From: Eledone cirrhosa
Lineage: Eukaryota
NCBI GenBank assembly: GCA_964016885.1
Contig: OZ024744.1
Location: forward strand, 124,124,001-124,188,000
Length of the DNA stretch: 64,000 nt
Direction: 5' to 3'
In this document: positions 42,501-57,019 of the stretch, in pieces
How positions within the stretch are numbered: position 1 is the first letter of the stretch
Layout: every line of letters begins with the position of its first letter
The notes under the pieces: model-generated
Databases searched by the model: none
Told to the model about the DNA's origin: nothing
The model's input: only the letters and a program-made list of their open reading frames with translations
Made by a program: the position numbers and the translations under genes

Positions 42501-45500
42501 CCCATGACAAGTAGGACAATAGTCTGTAATAACTTGTACAACCCATGACAGGTAGGACAATAGTCTGTAATAACTTGTTCAACCCATGACAGGTAGGACA
42601 ATAGTCTGTAATAACTTGTCCAACCCATGACAGCTAGGACAATAGTCTGTAATAACTTGTCCAACCCATGTATGTAGGACAATAGTCTGTAATAACTTGT
42701 CCAACCCATGTATGTAGGACAATAGTCTGTAATAACTTGTCCAACCCATGTATGTAGGACAATAGTCTGTAATACCTCGTCCAACCCATGACAGGTAGGA
42801 CAATAGTCTGTAATAACTTGTCCAACCCATGACAGGTAGGACAATAGTCTGTAATAACTTGGCCAACCCATGACAGGTAGGACAATAGTCTGTAATAACT
42901 TGTCCAACCCATGACAGGTAGGACAATAGTCTGTAATAACTCGTCCAACCCATGTATGTAGGACAATAGTCTGTAATAACTTGTCCAACCCATGACAGGT
43001 AAGACAATATTCTGTAATAACTTGTCCAACCCATGTATGTAAGACAATAGTCTGTAATAACTTGTCCAACCCAATTCAGGTAGGACAATAGTCTAATAAC
43101 TTGCCCAACTCATGACAGGTAGGACAATAGTCTGTAATAACTTGTCCAACCCATGTATTTAGGACAATAGTCTGTAATAACTTGTCCAAGCCATGACAGG
43201 TAGGACAATAGTCTGTAATAACTTGTGCAACCCATGACAGGTAGGACAATAGTCTGTAATACCATGTCCAACCAATGACAGGTAGGACAATAGTCTGTAA
43301 TAACTTGTCCAACCCATGACAGCTAGGACAATAGTCTGTAATAACTTGTCCAACCCATGACAGTTAGGACAATAGTCTGTAATAACTTGTCCAACCCATG
43401 ACATGTAGGACAATAGTCTGTAATAACTTGTCCAACCCATGACAGGTAGGACAATAGTCTGTAATAACTTGTCCAACCCATGACATGTAGGACAATAGTC
43501 TGTAATAACTTGTCTAACCCATGTATGTAGGACAATAGTCTGTAATAACTTGTCCAACCCATGTGTGTAGGACAATAGTCTGTAATAACTTGTCCAACCC
43601 ATGACAGGTAAGACAATATTCTGTAATAACTTGTCCAACCCATGACAGGTCCAACCCATGACAGGTAGGGCAATAGTCTGTAATAACTTGTCCAACCCAT
43701 GACAGGTAGGACAATAGTCTGTAATAACTTGTCCAACCCATGTATGTAGGACAATAGTCTGTAATAACTTGTCCAACCCATGACAGCTAGGACAATAGTC
43801 TGTAATAACTTGTCTAACCCATGTATGTAGGACAATAGTCTGTAATAACTTGTCCAACCCATGTATGTAGGACAATAGTCTGTAATAACTCGTCCAACCC
43901 ATGTGTGTAGGACAATAGTCTGTAATAACTTGTCCAACCCATGACAGGTAAGACAATATTCTGTAATAACTTGTCCAACCCATGTATGTAAGACAATAGT
44001 CTGTAATAACTTGTCCAACCCATGACAGGTAGTACAATAGTCTGTAATAACTTGTCCAACCCATGACAGGTAGGACAATAGTCTGTAATACCTTGTCCAA
44101 CCAATGACAGGTAGGAAAATAGTCTGTAATGACTTGTCCAACCCATGACAGGTAGAACAATAGTCTGTAATACCCTGTCCAACCAATGACAGGTAGGACA
44201 ATAGTCTGTAATAACTTGTCCAACCCATGTATGTAGGACAATAGTCTTTAATAACTTGTCCAACCCATGTATGTAGGACAATAGCCTGTAATAACTTGTC
44301 CAACCCATGACAGGTAGTACAATAGTCTGTAATAATTTGTCCAACCCATGTATGTAGGTCAATAGCCTGTAATAACTTGTCCAACCTATGACAGGTAGGA
44401 CAATAGTCTGTAATAACTTGCCCAACCCATGACAGGTAGGACAATAGTGTGTAATAACTTGTCCAACCCATGACAGGTAGGACAATAGTCTTTAATAACT
44501 TGTACAACCCATGATAGGTAGGACAATAGTCTGTAATAACTTGTCCAACCCATGACAGGTAGGACAATAGTCTGTAATAACTTGTCCAACCCATGTATTT
44601 AGGACAATAGTCTGTAATAACTTGTCCAACCCATGACAGGTAAGACAATATTCTGTAATAACTTGTCCAACCCATGACAGGTAGGACAATAGTCTGTAAT
44701 AACTTGTCCAACCCATGACAGCTAGGACAATAGTCTGTAATAACTTGTCCAACCCATGACAGGTAGGACAATAGTCTGTAATAACTTGTCCAACCCATGA
44801 CATGTAGGACAATAGTCTGCAATAACTTGTCCAACCCATGACAGGTAGGACAATAGTCTGTAATAACTTGTCCAACCCATGTATGTAGGACAATAGTCTG
44901 TAATAAATTGTCCAACCCATGACAGGTAGGACAATAGTCTGTAATAACTTGTCCAACCCATGACAGGTAGGACAATAATCTGTAATAACTTGTCTAACCC
45001 ATGTATGTAGGACAATAGTCTGTAATAACTTGTCCAAGCCATGTATGTAGGACAATAGTCTGTAATAACTTGTCCAACCCATGTATGTAGGACAATAGTC
45101 TGTAATAACTTGTCCAACCCATGTATGTAGGACAATAGTCTGTAATAACTTGTCCAACCCATGACAGGTAGGACAATAGTCTGTAATAACTTGTCCAACC
45201 CATGTATGTAGGACAATAGTCTGTAATAACTTGTCCAACCCATGACAGGTAGGACAATGGTCTGTAATAACTTGGCCAACCCATGACAGGTAGGACAATA
45301 GTCTGTAATAACTTGTCCAACCCATGACAGGTAGGACAATAGTCTGTAATAACTTGTCCAACCCATGTATGTAGGACAATAGTCTGTAATAATTTGTCCA
45401 ACCCATGACAGGTAAGACAATACTCTGTAATAACTTGTCGAACCCATGACAGGTAGGACAATAGTCTGTAATAACTCGTCCAACCCATGTATGTAGGACA

Positions 45501-46950
45501 AATGTCTGTAATAACTTGTCCAACCCATGACAGGTAAGACAATATTCTGTAATAACTTGTCCAACCCATGTATGTAAGACAATATTCTGTAATAACTTGT
45601 CCAACCCAATTCAGGTAGGACAATAGTCTAATAACTTGTCCAACTCATGACAGGTAGGACAATAGTCTGTAATAACTTGTCCAACCCATGTATTTAGGAC
45701 AATAGTCTGTAATAACTTGTCCAAGCCATGACAGGTAGGACAATAGTCTGTAATAACTTGGCCAACCCATGACAGGTAGGACAATAGTCTGTAATACCTT
45801 GTCCAACCAATGACGGGTAGGACAATAGTCTGTAACAACTTGTCCAACCCATGTATGTAGGACAATACTCTGTAATAACTTGCCCAACCCATGTATGTAG
45901 GACAATAGTCTGTAATAACTTGTCCAACCCATGACAGGTAGGACAATAGTCTGTAATAACTTGTCCATCCCACGACAGGTAGGACAATAGTCTGTAATAA
46001 CTTGTCCAACCCATGACAGCTAGGACAATAGTCTGTAATAACTTGTCCAACCCATGACAGGTAGGACAATAGTCTGTAATAACTTGTCCAACCCATGACA
46101 TGTAGGACAATAGTCTGTAATAACTTGTCCAACCCATGACAGGTAGGACAATAGTCTGTAATAACTTGTCCAACCCATGTATGCAGGACAATAGTCTGTA
46201 ATAAATTGTCCAACCCATGACAGGTAGGACAATAGTCTGTAATAACTTGTCCAACCCATGACAGGTAGGACAATAATCTGTAATAACTTGTCTAACCCAT
46301 GTATGTAGGATAATAGTCTGTAATAACTTGTCCAACCCATGCATGTAGGACAATAGTCTGTAATAACTTGTCCAACCCATGTATGTAGGACAATAGTCTG
46401 TAATAACTTGTCCAACCCATGTATGTAGGACAATAGTCTGTAATAACTTGTCCAACCCATGACAGGTAGTACAATAGTCTGTAATATCTTGTCCAACCCA
46501 TGACAGGTAGGACAATAGTCTGTAATACCTTGTCCAACCAATGACAGGTAGGAAAATAGTCTGTAATAACTTGTCCAACCCATGACAGGTAGGACAATAG
46601 TCTGTAATACCTTGTCCAACCAATGACAGGTAGGACAATAGTCTGTAATAACTTGTCCAACCCATGTATGTAGGACAATAGTCTTTAATAACTTGTCCAA
46701 CCCATGTATGTAGGACAATAGCCTGTAATAACTTGTCCAACCCATGACAGGTAGTACAATAGTCTGTAATAATTTGTCCAACCCATGTATGTAGGTCAAT
46801 AGCCTGTAAAAACTTGTCCAACCTATGACAGGTAGGACAATAGTCTGTAAAAACTTGCCCAACCCATGACAGGTAGGACAATAGTGTGTAATAACTTGTC
46901 CAACCCATGACAGGTAGGACAATAGTCGGTAATAACTTGTCCAACCCATG
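33550..46950. repeat. Dispersed duplication: about 33.55-37.0 kb re-appears at about 43.5-46.95 kb (offset 9969, then 10010)
   Basis: Pairs 33670/43639, 33845/43814 and 35025/44994 are at +9969; 35601/45611 and 36282/46292 are at +10010 (one extra 41-mer). Shared variants include AATGACTT, TGACGGGT and CCCACGAC. Confidence 0.88.
37380..43550. repeat. Tandem duplication, offset 3006 then 3251 bp (245-bp, 6-monomer indel)
   Basis: Pairs 37793/40799, 38690/41696 and 39062/42068 are at +3006; 39328/42579 and 39825/43076 are at +3251. Shared variants include TTATCGAA, TTCTCCAA and GTCAGTAA. Confidence 0.88.
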
Positions 46951-48599
46951 TATGTAGGACAATAGTCGGTAATAACTTGTACAACCCATGATAGGTAGGA
47001 CAATAGTCTGTAATAACTTGTCCAACCCATGACAGGTAGGACAATAGTCTGTAATAACTTGTCCAACCCATGACAGCTAGGACAATAGTCTGGAATAACT
47101 TGTCCAACCCATGTATGTAGGACAATAGTCTGTAATAACTTGTCCAACCCATGTATGTAGGACAATAGTCTGTAATAACTTGTCCAACCCATGTATGTAG
47201 GACAATAGTCTGTAATAACTTGTCCAACCCATGTATGTACGACAATAGTGTGTAATAACTTGTCCATACCATGACAGGTAGGACAATAGTCTGTAATAAC
47301 TTGTCCAACCCATGTATGTAGGACAATAGTCTGTAATAACTTGTCAAACCCATGACAGGTAGGACAATAGTCTGTAATAACTTGTCCAACCCATGACAGG
47401 TAAGACAATACTCTGTAATAACTTGTCGAACCCATGACAGGTAGGACAATAGTCTGTAATAACTCGTCCAACCCATGTATGTAGGACAAATGTCTGTAAT
47501 AACTTGTCCAACCCATGACAGGTAAGACAATATTCTGTAATAACTTGTCCAACCCATGACAGGTAGGACAATAGTCTGTAATAACTCGTCCAACCCATGT
47601 ATGTAGGACAATAGTCTGTAATAACTTGTCCAACCCATGACAGGTAAGACAATATTCTGTAATAACTTGTCCAACCCATGTATGTAAGACAATAGTCTGT
47701 AATAACTTGTCCAACCCAATTCAGGTAGGACAATAGTCTAATAACTTGTCCAACTCATGACAGGTAGGACAATAGTCTGTAATAACTTGTCCAACCCATG
47801 TATTTAGGACAATAGTCTGTAATAACTTGTCCAACCCATGACAGGTAGGACAATAATCTGTAATAACTTGTCTAACCCATGTATGTAGGACAATAGTCTG
47901 TAATAACTTGTCCAACCCATGCATGTAGGACAATAGTCTGTAATAACTTGTCCAACCCATGTATGTAGGACAATAGTCTGTAATAACTTGTCCAACCCAT
48001 GTATGTAGGACAATAGTCTGTAATAACTTGTCCAACCCATGACAGGTAAGACAATATTCTGTAATAACTTGTCCAACCCATGTATATAAGACAATAGTCT
48101 GTAATAACTTGTCCAACCCATGACAGGTAGTACAATAGTCTGTAATATCTTGTCCAACCCATGACAGGTAGGACAATAGTCTGTAATACCTTGTCCAACC
48201 AATGACAGGTAGGAAAATAGTCTGTAATAACTTGTCCAACCCATGACAGGTAGGACAATAGTCTGTAATACCTTGTCCAACCAATGACAGGTAGGACAAT
48301 AGTCTGTAATAACTTGTCCAACCCATGTATGTAGGACAATAGTCTTTAATAACTTGTCCAACCCATGTATGTAGGACAATAGCCTGTAATAACTTGTCCA
48401 ACCCATGACAGGTAGTACAATAGTCTGTAATAATTTGTCCAACCCATGTATGTAGGTCAATAGCCTGTAATAACTTGTCCAACCTATGACAGGTAGGACA
48501 ATAGTCTGTAATAACTTGCCCAACCCATGACAGGTAGGACAATAGTGTGTAATAACTTGTCCAACCCATGACAGGTAGGACAATAGTCTGTAATAACTT

Positions 48600-51500
48600 G
48601 TCCAACCCATGACAGGTAGGACAATAGTCTGTAATAACTTGTCCAACCCATGACGGCTAGGACAATAGTCTGTAATAACTTGTCCAACCCATGTATGTAG
48701 GACAATAGTCTGTAATAACTTGTCCAACCCATGTATGTACGACAATAGTGTGTAATAACTTGTCCATCCCATGACAGGTAGGACAATAGTCTGTAATAAC
48801 TTGTCCAACCCATCTATGTAGGACAATAGTCTGTAATAACTTGTCAAACCCATGACAGGTAGGACAATAGTCTGTAATAACTTGGCCAACCCATGACAGG
48901 TAGGACAATAGTCTGTAATAACTTGTCCAACCCATGACAGGTAGGACAATAGTCTGTAATAACTTGTCCAACCCATGTATGTAGGACAATAGTCTGTAAT
49001 AACTTGTCCAACCCATGACAGGTAAGACAATACTCTGTAATAACTTGTCGAACCCATGACAGGTAGGACAATAGTCTGTAATAACTCGTCCAACCCATGT
49101 ATGTAGGACAAATGTCTGTAATAACTTGTCCAACCCATGACAGGTAAGACAATATTCTGTAATAACTTGTCCAACCCATGACAGGTAGGACAATAGTCTG
49201 TAAAAACTCGTCCAACCCATGTATGTAGGACAATAGTCTGTAATAACTTGTCCAACCCATGACAGGTAAGACAATATTCTGTAATAACTCGTCCAACCCA
49301 TGTATGTAAGACAATAGTCTGTAATAACTTGTCCAACCCAATTCAGGTAGGACAATAGTCTAATAACTTGTCCAACTCATGACAGGTAGGACAATAGTCT
49401 GTAATAACTTGTCCAACCCATGTATTTAGGACAATAGTCTGTAATAACTTGTCCAAGCCATGACAGGTAGGACAATAGTCTGTAATAACTTGTCCAACCC
49501 ATGACAGGTAGGACAATAGTCTGTAATACCTTGTCCAACCAATGACAGGTAGGACAATAGTCTGTAACAACTTGTCCAACCCATGTATGTAGGACAATAC
49601 TCTGTAATAACTTGCCCAACCCATGTATGTAGGACAATAGTCTGTAATAACTTGTCCAACCCATGACAGGTAGGACAATAGTCTGTAATAACTTGTCCAT
49701 CCCATGACAGGTAGGACAATAGTCTGTAATAACTTGTCCAACCCATGACAGCTAGGACAATAGTCTGTAATAACTTGTCCAACCCATGACAGGTAGGACA
49801 ATAGTCTGTAATAACTTGTCCAACCCATGACATGTAGGACAATAGTCTGTAATAACTTGTCCAACCCATGACAGGTAGGACAATAGTCTGTAATAACTTA
49901 TCGAACCCATGTATGTAGGACAATAGTCTGTAATAAATTGTCCAACCCATGACAGGTAGGACAATAGTCTGTAATAACTTGTCCAACCCATGACAGGTAG
50001 GACAATAATCTGTAATATCTTGTCTAACCCATGTATGTAGGACAATAGTCTGTAATAACTTCTCCAACCCATGCATGTAGGACAATAGTCTGTAATAACT
50101 TGTCCAACCCATGTATGTAGGATAATAGTCTGTAATAACTTGTCCAACCCATGACAGGTAGGACAATAGTCTGTAATAACTTGTCCATCCCATGACAGGT
50201 AGGACAATAGTCTGTAATAACTTGTCCAACCCATGACAGCTAGGACAATAGTCTGTAATAACTTGTCCAACCCATGACAGGTAGGACAATAGTCTGTAAT
50301 AACTTGTCCAACCCATGACATGTAGGACAATAGTCAGTAATAACTTGTCGAACCCATGACAGGTAGGACAATAGTCTGTAATAACTTGTCGAACCCATGT
50401 ATGTAGGACAATAGTCTGTAATAAATTGTCCAACCCATGACAAGTAGGACAATAGTCTGTAATAACTTGTACAACCCATGACAGGTAGGACAATAATCTG
50501 TAATAACTTGTCTAACCAATGACAGGTTGGACAATAGTCTGTAATAACTTGTCCAACCCATGTATGTAGGACAATAGTCTGTAATAACTTGTCCAACCCA
50601 TGAAAGGTAGGTCAATAGTCTGTAATAACTTGTCCAACCCATGTATGTAGGACAATAGTCTGTAATAACTTGTCCAACCCATGACATGTAGGACAATAGT
50701 CTGTAATAACTTGTCCAACCCATGACAGGTAGGACAATAGTCTGTAATACCTTGTCCAACCAATGACAGGTAGGAGAATAGTCTGTAATAACTTGTCCAA
50801 CCCATAACAGGTAGGACAATAGTCTGTAATACCATGTCCAACCAATGACAGGTAGGATGATAGTCTGTAATAACTTGTCCAACCCATGTATGTAGGACAA
50901 TAGTCTGTAATAACTTGTCCAACCCATGTATGTAGGACAATAGTCTGTAATAACTTGCCCAACCCATGACAGGTAGGACAATAGTCTGTAATAACTTGTC
51001 CAACCCATGACAGGTAGGACAATAGTCGGTAATAACTTGTCCAACCCATGACAAGTAGGACAATAGTCTGTAATAACTTGTACAACCCATGACAGGTAGG
51101 ACAATAGTCTGTAATAACTTGTTCAACCCATGACAGGTAGGACAATAGTCTGTAATAACTTGTCCAACCCATGACAGCTAGGACAATAGTCTGTAATAAC
51201 TTGTCCAACCCATGTATGTAGGACAATAGTCTGTAATAACTTGTCCAACCCATGTATGTAGGACAATAGTCTGTAATAACTTGTCCAACCCATGTATGTA
51301 GGACAATAGTCTGTAATACCTCGTCCAACCCATGACAGGTAGGACAATAGTCTGTAATAACTTGTCCAACCCATGACAGGTAGGACAATAGTCTGTAATA
51401 ACTTGGCCAACCCATGACAGGTAGGACAATAGTCTGTAATAACTTGTCCAACCCATGACAGGTAGGACAATAGTCTGTAATAACTCGTCCAACCCATGTA

Positions 51501-52200
51501 TGTAGGACAATAGTCTGTAATAACTTGTCCAACCCATGACAGGTAAGACAATATTCTGTAATAACTTGTCCAACCCATGTATGTAAGACAATAGTCTGTA
51601 ATAACTTGTCCAACCCAATTCAGGTAGGACAATAGTCTAATAACTTGCCCAACTCATGACAGGTAGGACAATAGTCTGTAATAACTTGTCCAACCCATGT
51701 ATTTAGGACAATAGTCTGTAATAACTTGTCCAAGCCATGACAGGTAGGACAATAGTCTGTAATAACTTGTGCAACCCATGACAGGTAGGACAATAGTCTG
51801 TAATACCATGTCCAACCAATGACAGGTAGGACAATAGTCTGTAATAACTTGTCCAACCCATGACAGCTAGGACAATAGTCTGTAATAACTTGTCCAACCC
51901 ATGACAGTTAGGACAATAGTCTGTAATAACTTGTCCAACCCATGACATGTAGGACAATAGTCTGTAATAACTTGTCCAACCCATGACAGGTAGGACAATA
52001 GTCTGTAATAACTTGTCCAACCCATGACATGTAGGACAATAGTCTGTAATAACTTGTCTAACCCATGTATGTAGGACAATAGTCTGTAATAACTTGTCCA
52101 ACCCATGCATGTAGGACAATAGTCTGTAATAACTTGTCCAACCCATGTATGTAGGACAATAGTCCGTAATAACTTGTCCAACCCATGACAGGTAGGACAA
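48600..52200. repeat. Third copy of the 37-43-kb unit (offset 8544 from 40.4-43.5 kb; 11550 from 37.1 kb)
   Basis: Pairs 40799/49343, 41208/49752, 42579/51123 and 43076/51620 are at +8544; 37107/48657 and 37294/48844 are at +11550. Confidence 0.88.
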
Positions 52201-55200
52201 TAGTCTGTAATAACTTGTCCCTCCCATGACAGGTAGGACAATAGTCTGTAATAACTTGTCCAACCCATGAGAGCTAGGACAATAGTCTGTAATAACTTGT
52301 CCAACCCATGACATGTAGGACAATAGTCTTTAATAACTTGTCCAACCCATGACAGGTAGGACAATAGTCTGTAATACCTTGTCCAACCAATGACAGGTAG
52401 GAGAATAGTCTGTAATAACTTGTCCAACCCATAACAGGTAGGACAATAGTCTGTAATACCTTGTCCAACCAATGACAAGTAGGACAATAGTCCGTAATAA
52501 CTTGTCCATGCCATGTATGTAGGACAATAGTCTGTAATAACTTGTCCAACCCATGACAGGTAGGACAATAGTCTGTAATAACTTGTCCAACCCATGTATG
52601 TAGGACAATAGTCTGTAATAACTTGTCCAACCCATGACAGGTAGGACAATAGTCTGTAATAACTTGTCCAACCCATGTATGTAGGACAATAGTCTGTAAT
52701 AACTTGTCCAACCCATGACAGGTAGGACAATAGTCTGTAATAACTTGTCCAACCCATGTATGTAGCACAATAGTCTGTAATAACTTGTCCAACCGATGAC
52801 AGGTAGGACAATAGTCTGTAATAACTTGTCCAACCCATGACAGGTAGGACAATAGTTTGTAATAACTTGTCCAACCCATGTATGTACGACAATAGTCTGT
52901 AATAACTTGCCTAACCCATGTATGTAGGACAATAGTCTGTAATAACTTGTCCAACCCATGTATGTAGGACAATAGTCTATAATAACTTGTCCAACCCATG
53001 TATGTATGACAATAGTCTGTAATAACTTGTCCAGCCCATGACAGGTAGGACAATAGTCTGTAATACCTCGTCCAACCCATGACAGGTAGGACAATAGTCT
53101 GTAATACCTCGTCCAACCCATGAGATGTAGGGCAATAGTCTGTAATAACTTGTCCAACCCATGACAGGTAGGACAATAGTCTGTAATAACTTGTCCAACC
53201 CATGTATGCAGGACAATAGTCTGTAATAACTTATCCAACCCATGACAGGTAGGACAATAGTCTGTAATAACTTATCCAACCCATGAGAGGTAGGGCAATA
53301 GTCTGTAATAACTTGTCGAACCCATGTATGCAGGACAATAGTCTGTAATAACTTGTCCAACCCATGACAGGTAGGACAATAGTCTGTAATAACTTGTCCA
53401 TCCCATGACAGGTAGGACAATAGTCTGTAATAACTTGTCCAACCCATGACAGCTAGGACAGTAGTCTGTAATAACTTGTCCAACCCATGACAGGTAGGAC
53501 AATAGTCTGTAATAACTTGTCCAACCCATGACATGTAGGACAATAGTCTGTAATAACTTGTCCAACCCATGACAGGTAGGACAATAGTCTGTAATAATTT
53601 GTCCAACCCATGTATGTAGGACAATAGTCTGTAATAACTTATCCAACCCATGACAGGTAGGACAATAGTCTGTAATAACTTGTCCAACCCATGACAGGTA
53701 AGACAATAGTCTGTAATAACTTGTCCAACCCATGCCAGGTAGGACAATAGTCTGTAATAACTTGTTCAACCCATGACAGGTAGGACAATAGTCTGCAATA
53801 ACTTGTCCAACCCATGACAGCTAGGACAATAGTCTGTAATAACTTGTCCAACCCATGTATGTAGGACAATAGTCTGTAATAACTTGTCCAACCCATGTAT
53901 GTAGGCCAATAGTCTGTAATAACTTGTCCAACCCATGTATGTAGGACAATAGTCTGTAATAACTTGTCCAATCCATGTATGTAACACAATAGTGTGTAAT
54001 AACTTGTCCATCCCATGACAGGTAGGACAATAGTCTGTAATAACTTGTCCAACCCATGTATGTAGGACAATAGTCTGTAATACCTCGTCCAACCCATGAC
54101 AGGTAGGACAATAGTCTGTAATAACTTGTCCAACCCATGACAGGTAGGACAATAGTCTGTAATAACTTGGCCAACCCATGACAGGTAGGACAATAGTCTG
54201 TAATAACTTGTCCAACCCATGACAGGTAGGACAATAGTCTGTAATAACTCGTCCAACCCATGACAGGTAGGACAATAGTCTGTAATAACTTGTCCAACCC
54301 ATGACAGCTAGGACAATAGTCTGTAATAACTTGTCCAACCCATGACAGTTAGGACAATAGTCTGTAATAACTTGTCCAACCCATGACATGTAGGACAATA
54401 GTCTGTAATAACTTGTCCAACCCATGACAGGTAGGACAATAGTCTGTAATAACTTGTCCAACCCATGACATGTAGGACAATAGTCTGTAATAACTTGTCT
54501 AACCCATGTATGTAGGACAATAGTCTGTAATAACTTGTCCAACCCATGCATGTAGGACAATAGTCTGTAATAACTTGTCCAAGCCATGACAGGTAGGACA
54601 ATAGTCTGTAATAACTTGTGCAACCCATGACAGGTAGGACAATAGTCTGTAATACCATGTCCAACCAATGACAGGTAGGACAATAGTCTGTAATAACTTG
54701 TCCAACCCATGTATGTAGGACAATACTCTGTAATAACTTGCCCAACCCATGACAGGTAGGACAATAGTCTGTAATAACTTGTCCAACCCATGACAGGTAG
54801 GACAATAGTCTGTAATAACTTGTCCATCCCATGACAGGTAGGACAATAGTCTGTAATAACTTGTCCAACCCATGACAGCTAGGACAATAGTCTGTAATAA
54901 CTTGTCCAACCCATGACAGTTAGGACAATAGTCTGTAATAACTTGTCCAACCCATGACATGTAGGACAATAGTCTGTAATAACTTGTCCAACCCATGACA
55001 GGTAGGACAATAGTCTGTAATAACTTGTCCAACCCATGACATGTAGGACAATAGTCTGTAATAACTTGTCTAACCCATGTATGTAGGACAATAGTCTGTA
55101 ATAACTTGTCCAACCCATGCATGTAGGACAATAGTCTGTAATAACTTGTCCAACCCATGTATGTAGGACAATAGTCCGTAATAACTTGTCCAACCCATGA

Positions 55201-56800
55201 CAGGTAGGACAATAGTCTGTAATAACTTGTCCCTCCCATGACAGGTAGGACAATAGTCTGTAATAACTTGTCCAACCCATGACAGCTAGGACAATAGTCT
55301 GTAATAACTTGTCCAACCCATGACATGTAGGACAATAGTCTGTAATAACTTGTCCAACCCATGACAGGTAGGACAATAGTCTGTAATACCTTGTCCAACC
55401 AATGACAGGTAGGAGAATAGTCTGTAATAACTTGTCCAACCCATAACAGGTAGGACAATAGTCTGTAATACCTTGTCCAACCAATGACAAGTAGGACAAT
55501 AGTCCGTAATAACTTGTCCATGCCATGTATGTAGGACAATAGTCTGTAATAACTTGTCCAACCCATGACAGTTAGGACAATAGTCTGTAATAACTTGTCC
55601 AACCCATGTATGTAGGACAATAGTCTGTAATAACTTGTCCAACCCATGACAGGTAGGACAATAGTCTGTAATAACTTGTCCAACCCATGTATGTAGGACA
55701 ATAGTCTGTAATAACTTGTCCAACCCATGACAGGTAGGACAATAGTCTGTAATAACTTGTCCAACCCATGTATGTAGGACAATAGTCTGTAATAACTTGT
55801 CCAACCGATGACAGGTAGGACAATAGTCTGTAATAACTTGTCCAACCCATGACAGGTAGGACAATAGTTTGTAATAACTTGTCCAACCCATGTATGTACG
55901 ACAATAGTCTGTAATAACTTGCCTAACCCATGTATGTAGGACAATAGTCTGTAATAACTTGTCCAACCCATGTATGTAGGACAATAGTCTATAATAACTT
56001 GTCCAACCCATGTATGTATGACAATAGTCTGTAATAACTTGTCCAGCCCATGACAGGTAGGACAATAGTCTGTAATACCTCGTCCAACCCATGACAGGTA
56101 GGACAATAGTCTGTAATACCTCATCCAACCCATGAGATGTAGGGCAATAGTCTGTAATAACTTGTCCAACCCATGTATGTAGGACAATAGTCTGTAATAA
56201 CTTGTCCAACCCATGACAGGTAGGACAATAGTCTGTAATAACTTGTCCAACCCATGTATGCAGGACAATAGTCTGTAATAACTTATCCAACCCATGACAG
56301 GTAGGACAATAGTCTGTAATAACTTATCCAACCCATGAGAGGTAGGGCAATAGTCTGTAATAACTTGTCGAACCCATGTATGCAGGACAATAGTCTGTAA
56401 TAACTTGTCCAACCCATGACAGGTAGGACAATAGTCTGTAATAACTTGTCCATCCCATGACAGGTAGGACAATAGTCTGTAATAACTTGTCCAACCCATG
56501 ACAGCTAGGACAGTAGTCTGTAATAACTTGTCCAACCCATGACAGGTAGGACAATAGTCTGTAATAACTTGTCCAACCCATGACATGTAGGACAATAGTC
56601 TGTAATAACTTGTCCAACCCATGACAGGTAGGACAATAGTCTGTAATAATTTGTCCAACCCATGTATGTAGGACAATAGTCTGTAATAACTTATCCAACC
56701 CATGACAGGTAGGACAATAGTCTGTAATAACTTGTCCAACCCATGACAGGTAAGACAATGGTCTGTAATAACTTGTCCAACCCATGCCAGGTAGGACAAT
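51850..56800. repeat. Duplication with offset 3012/3052 bp (about 51.85-53.75 kb vs 54.87-56.8 kb)
   Basis: Pairs 51867/54879 and 52274/55286 are at +3012; 53272/56324 and 53639/56691 are at +3052. Shared variants include GTCCCTCCC, CCATGCCATG and ATAGTTTG. Confidence 0.82.
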
Positions 56801-57019
56801 AGTCTGTAATAACTTGTCCAACCGATGACAGGTAGGACAATAGTCTGTAATAACTTGTCCAACCCATGACAGCTAGGACAATAGTCTGTAATAACTTGTC
56901 CAACCCATGACAGGTAGGGCAATAGTCTGTAATAACTTGTCCAACCCATGACAGGTAGGACAATAGTCTGTAATAACTTGTCCAACCCGTGTATGTAGGA
57001 CAATAGTCTGTAATAACTT

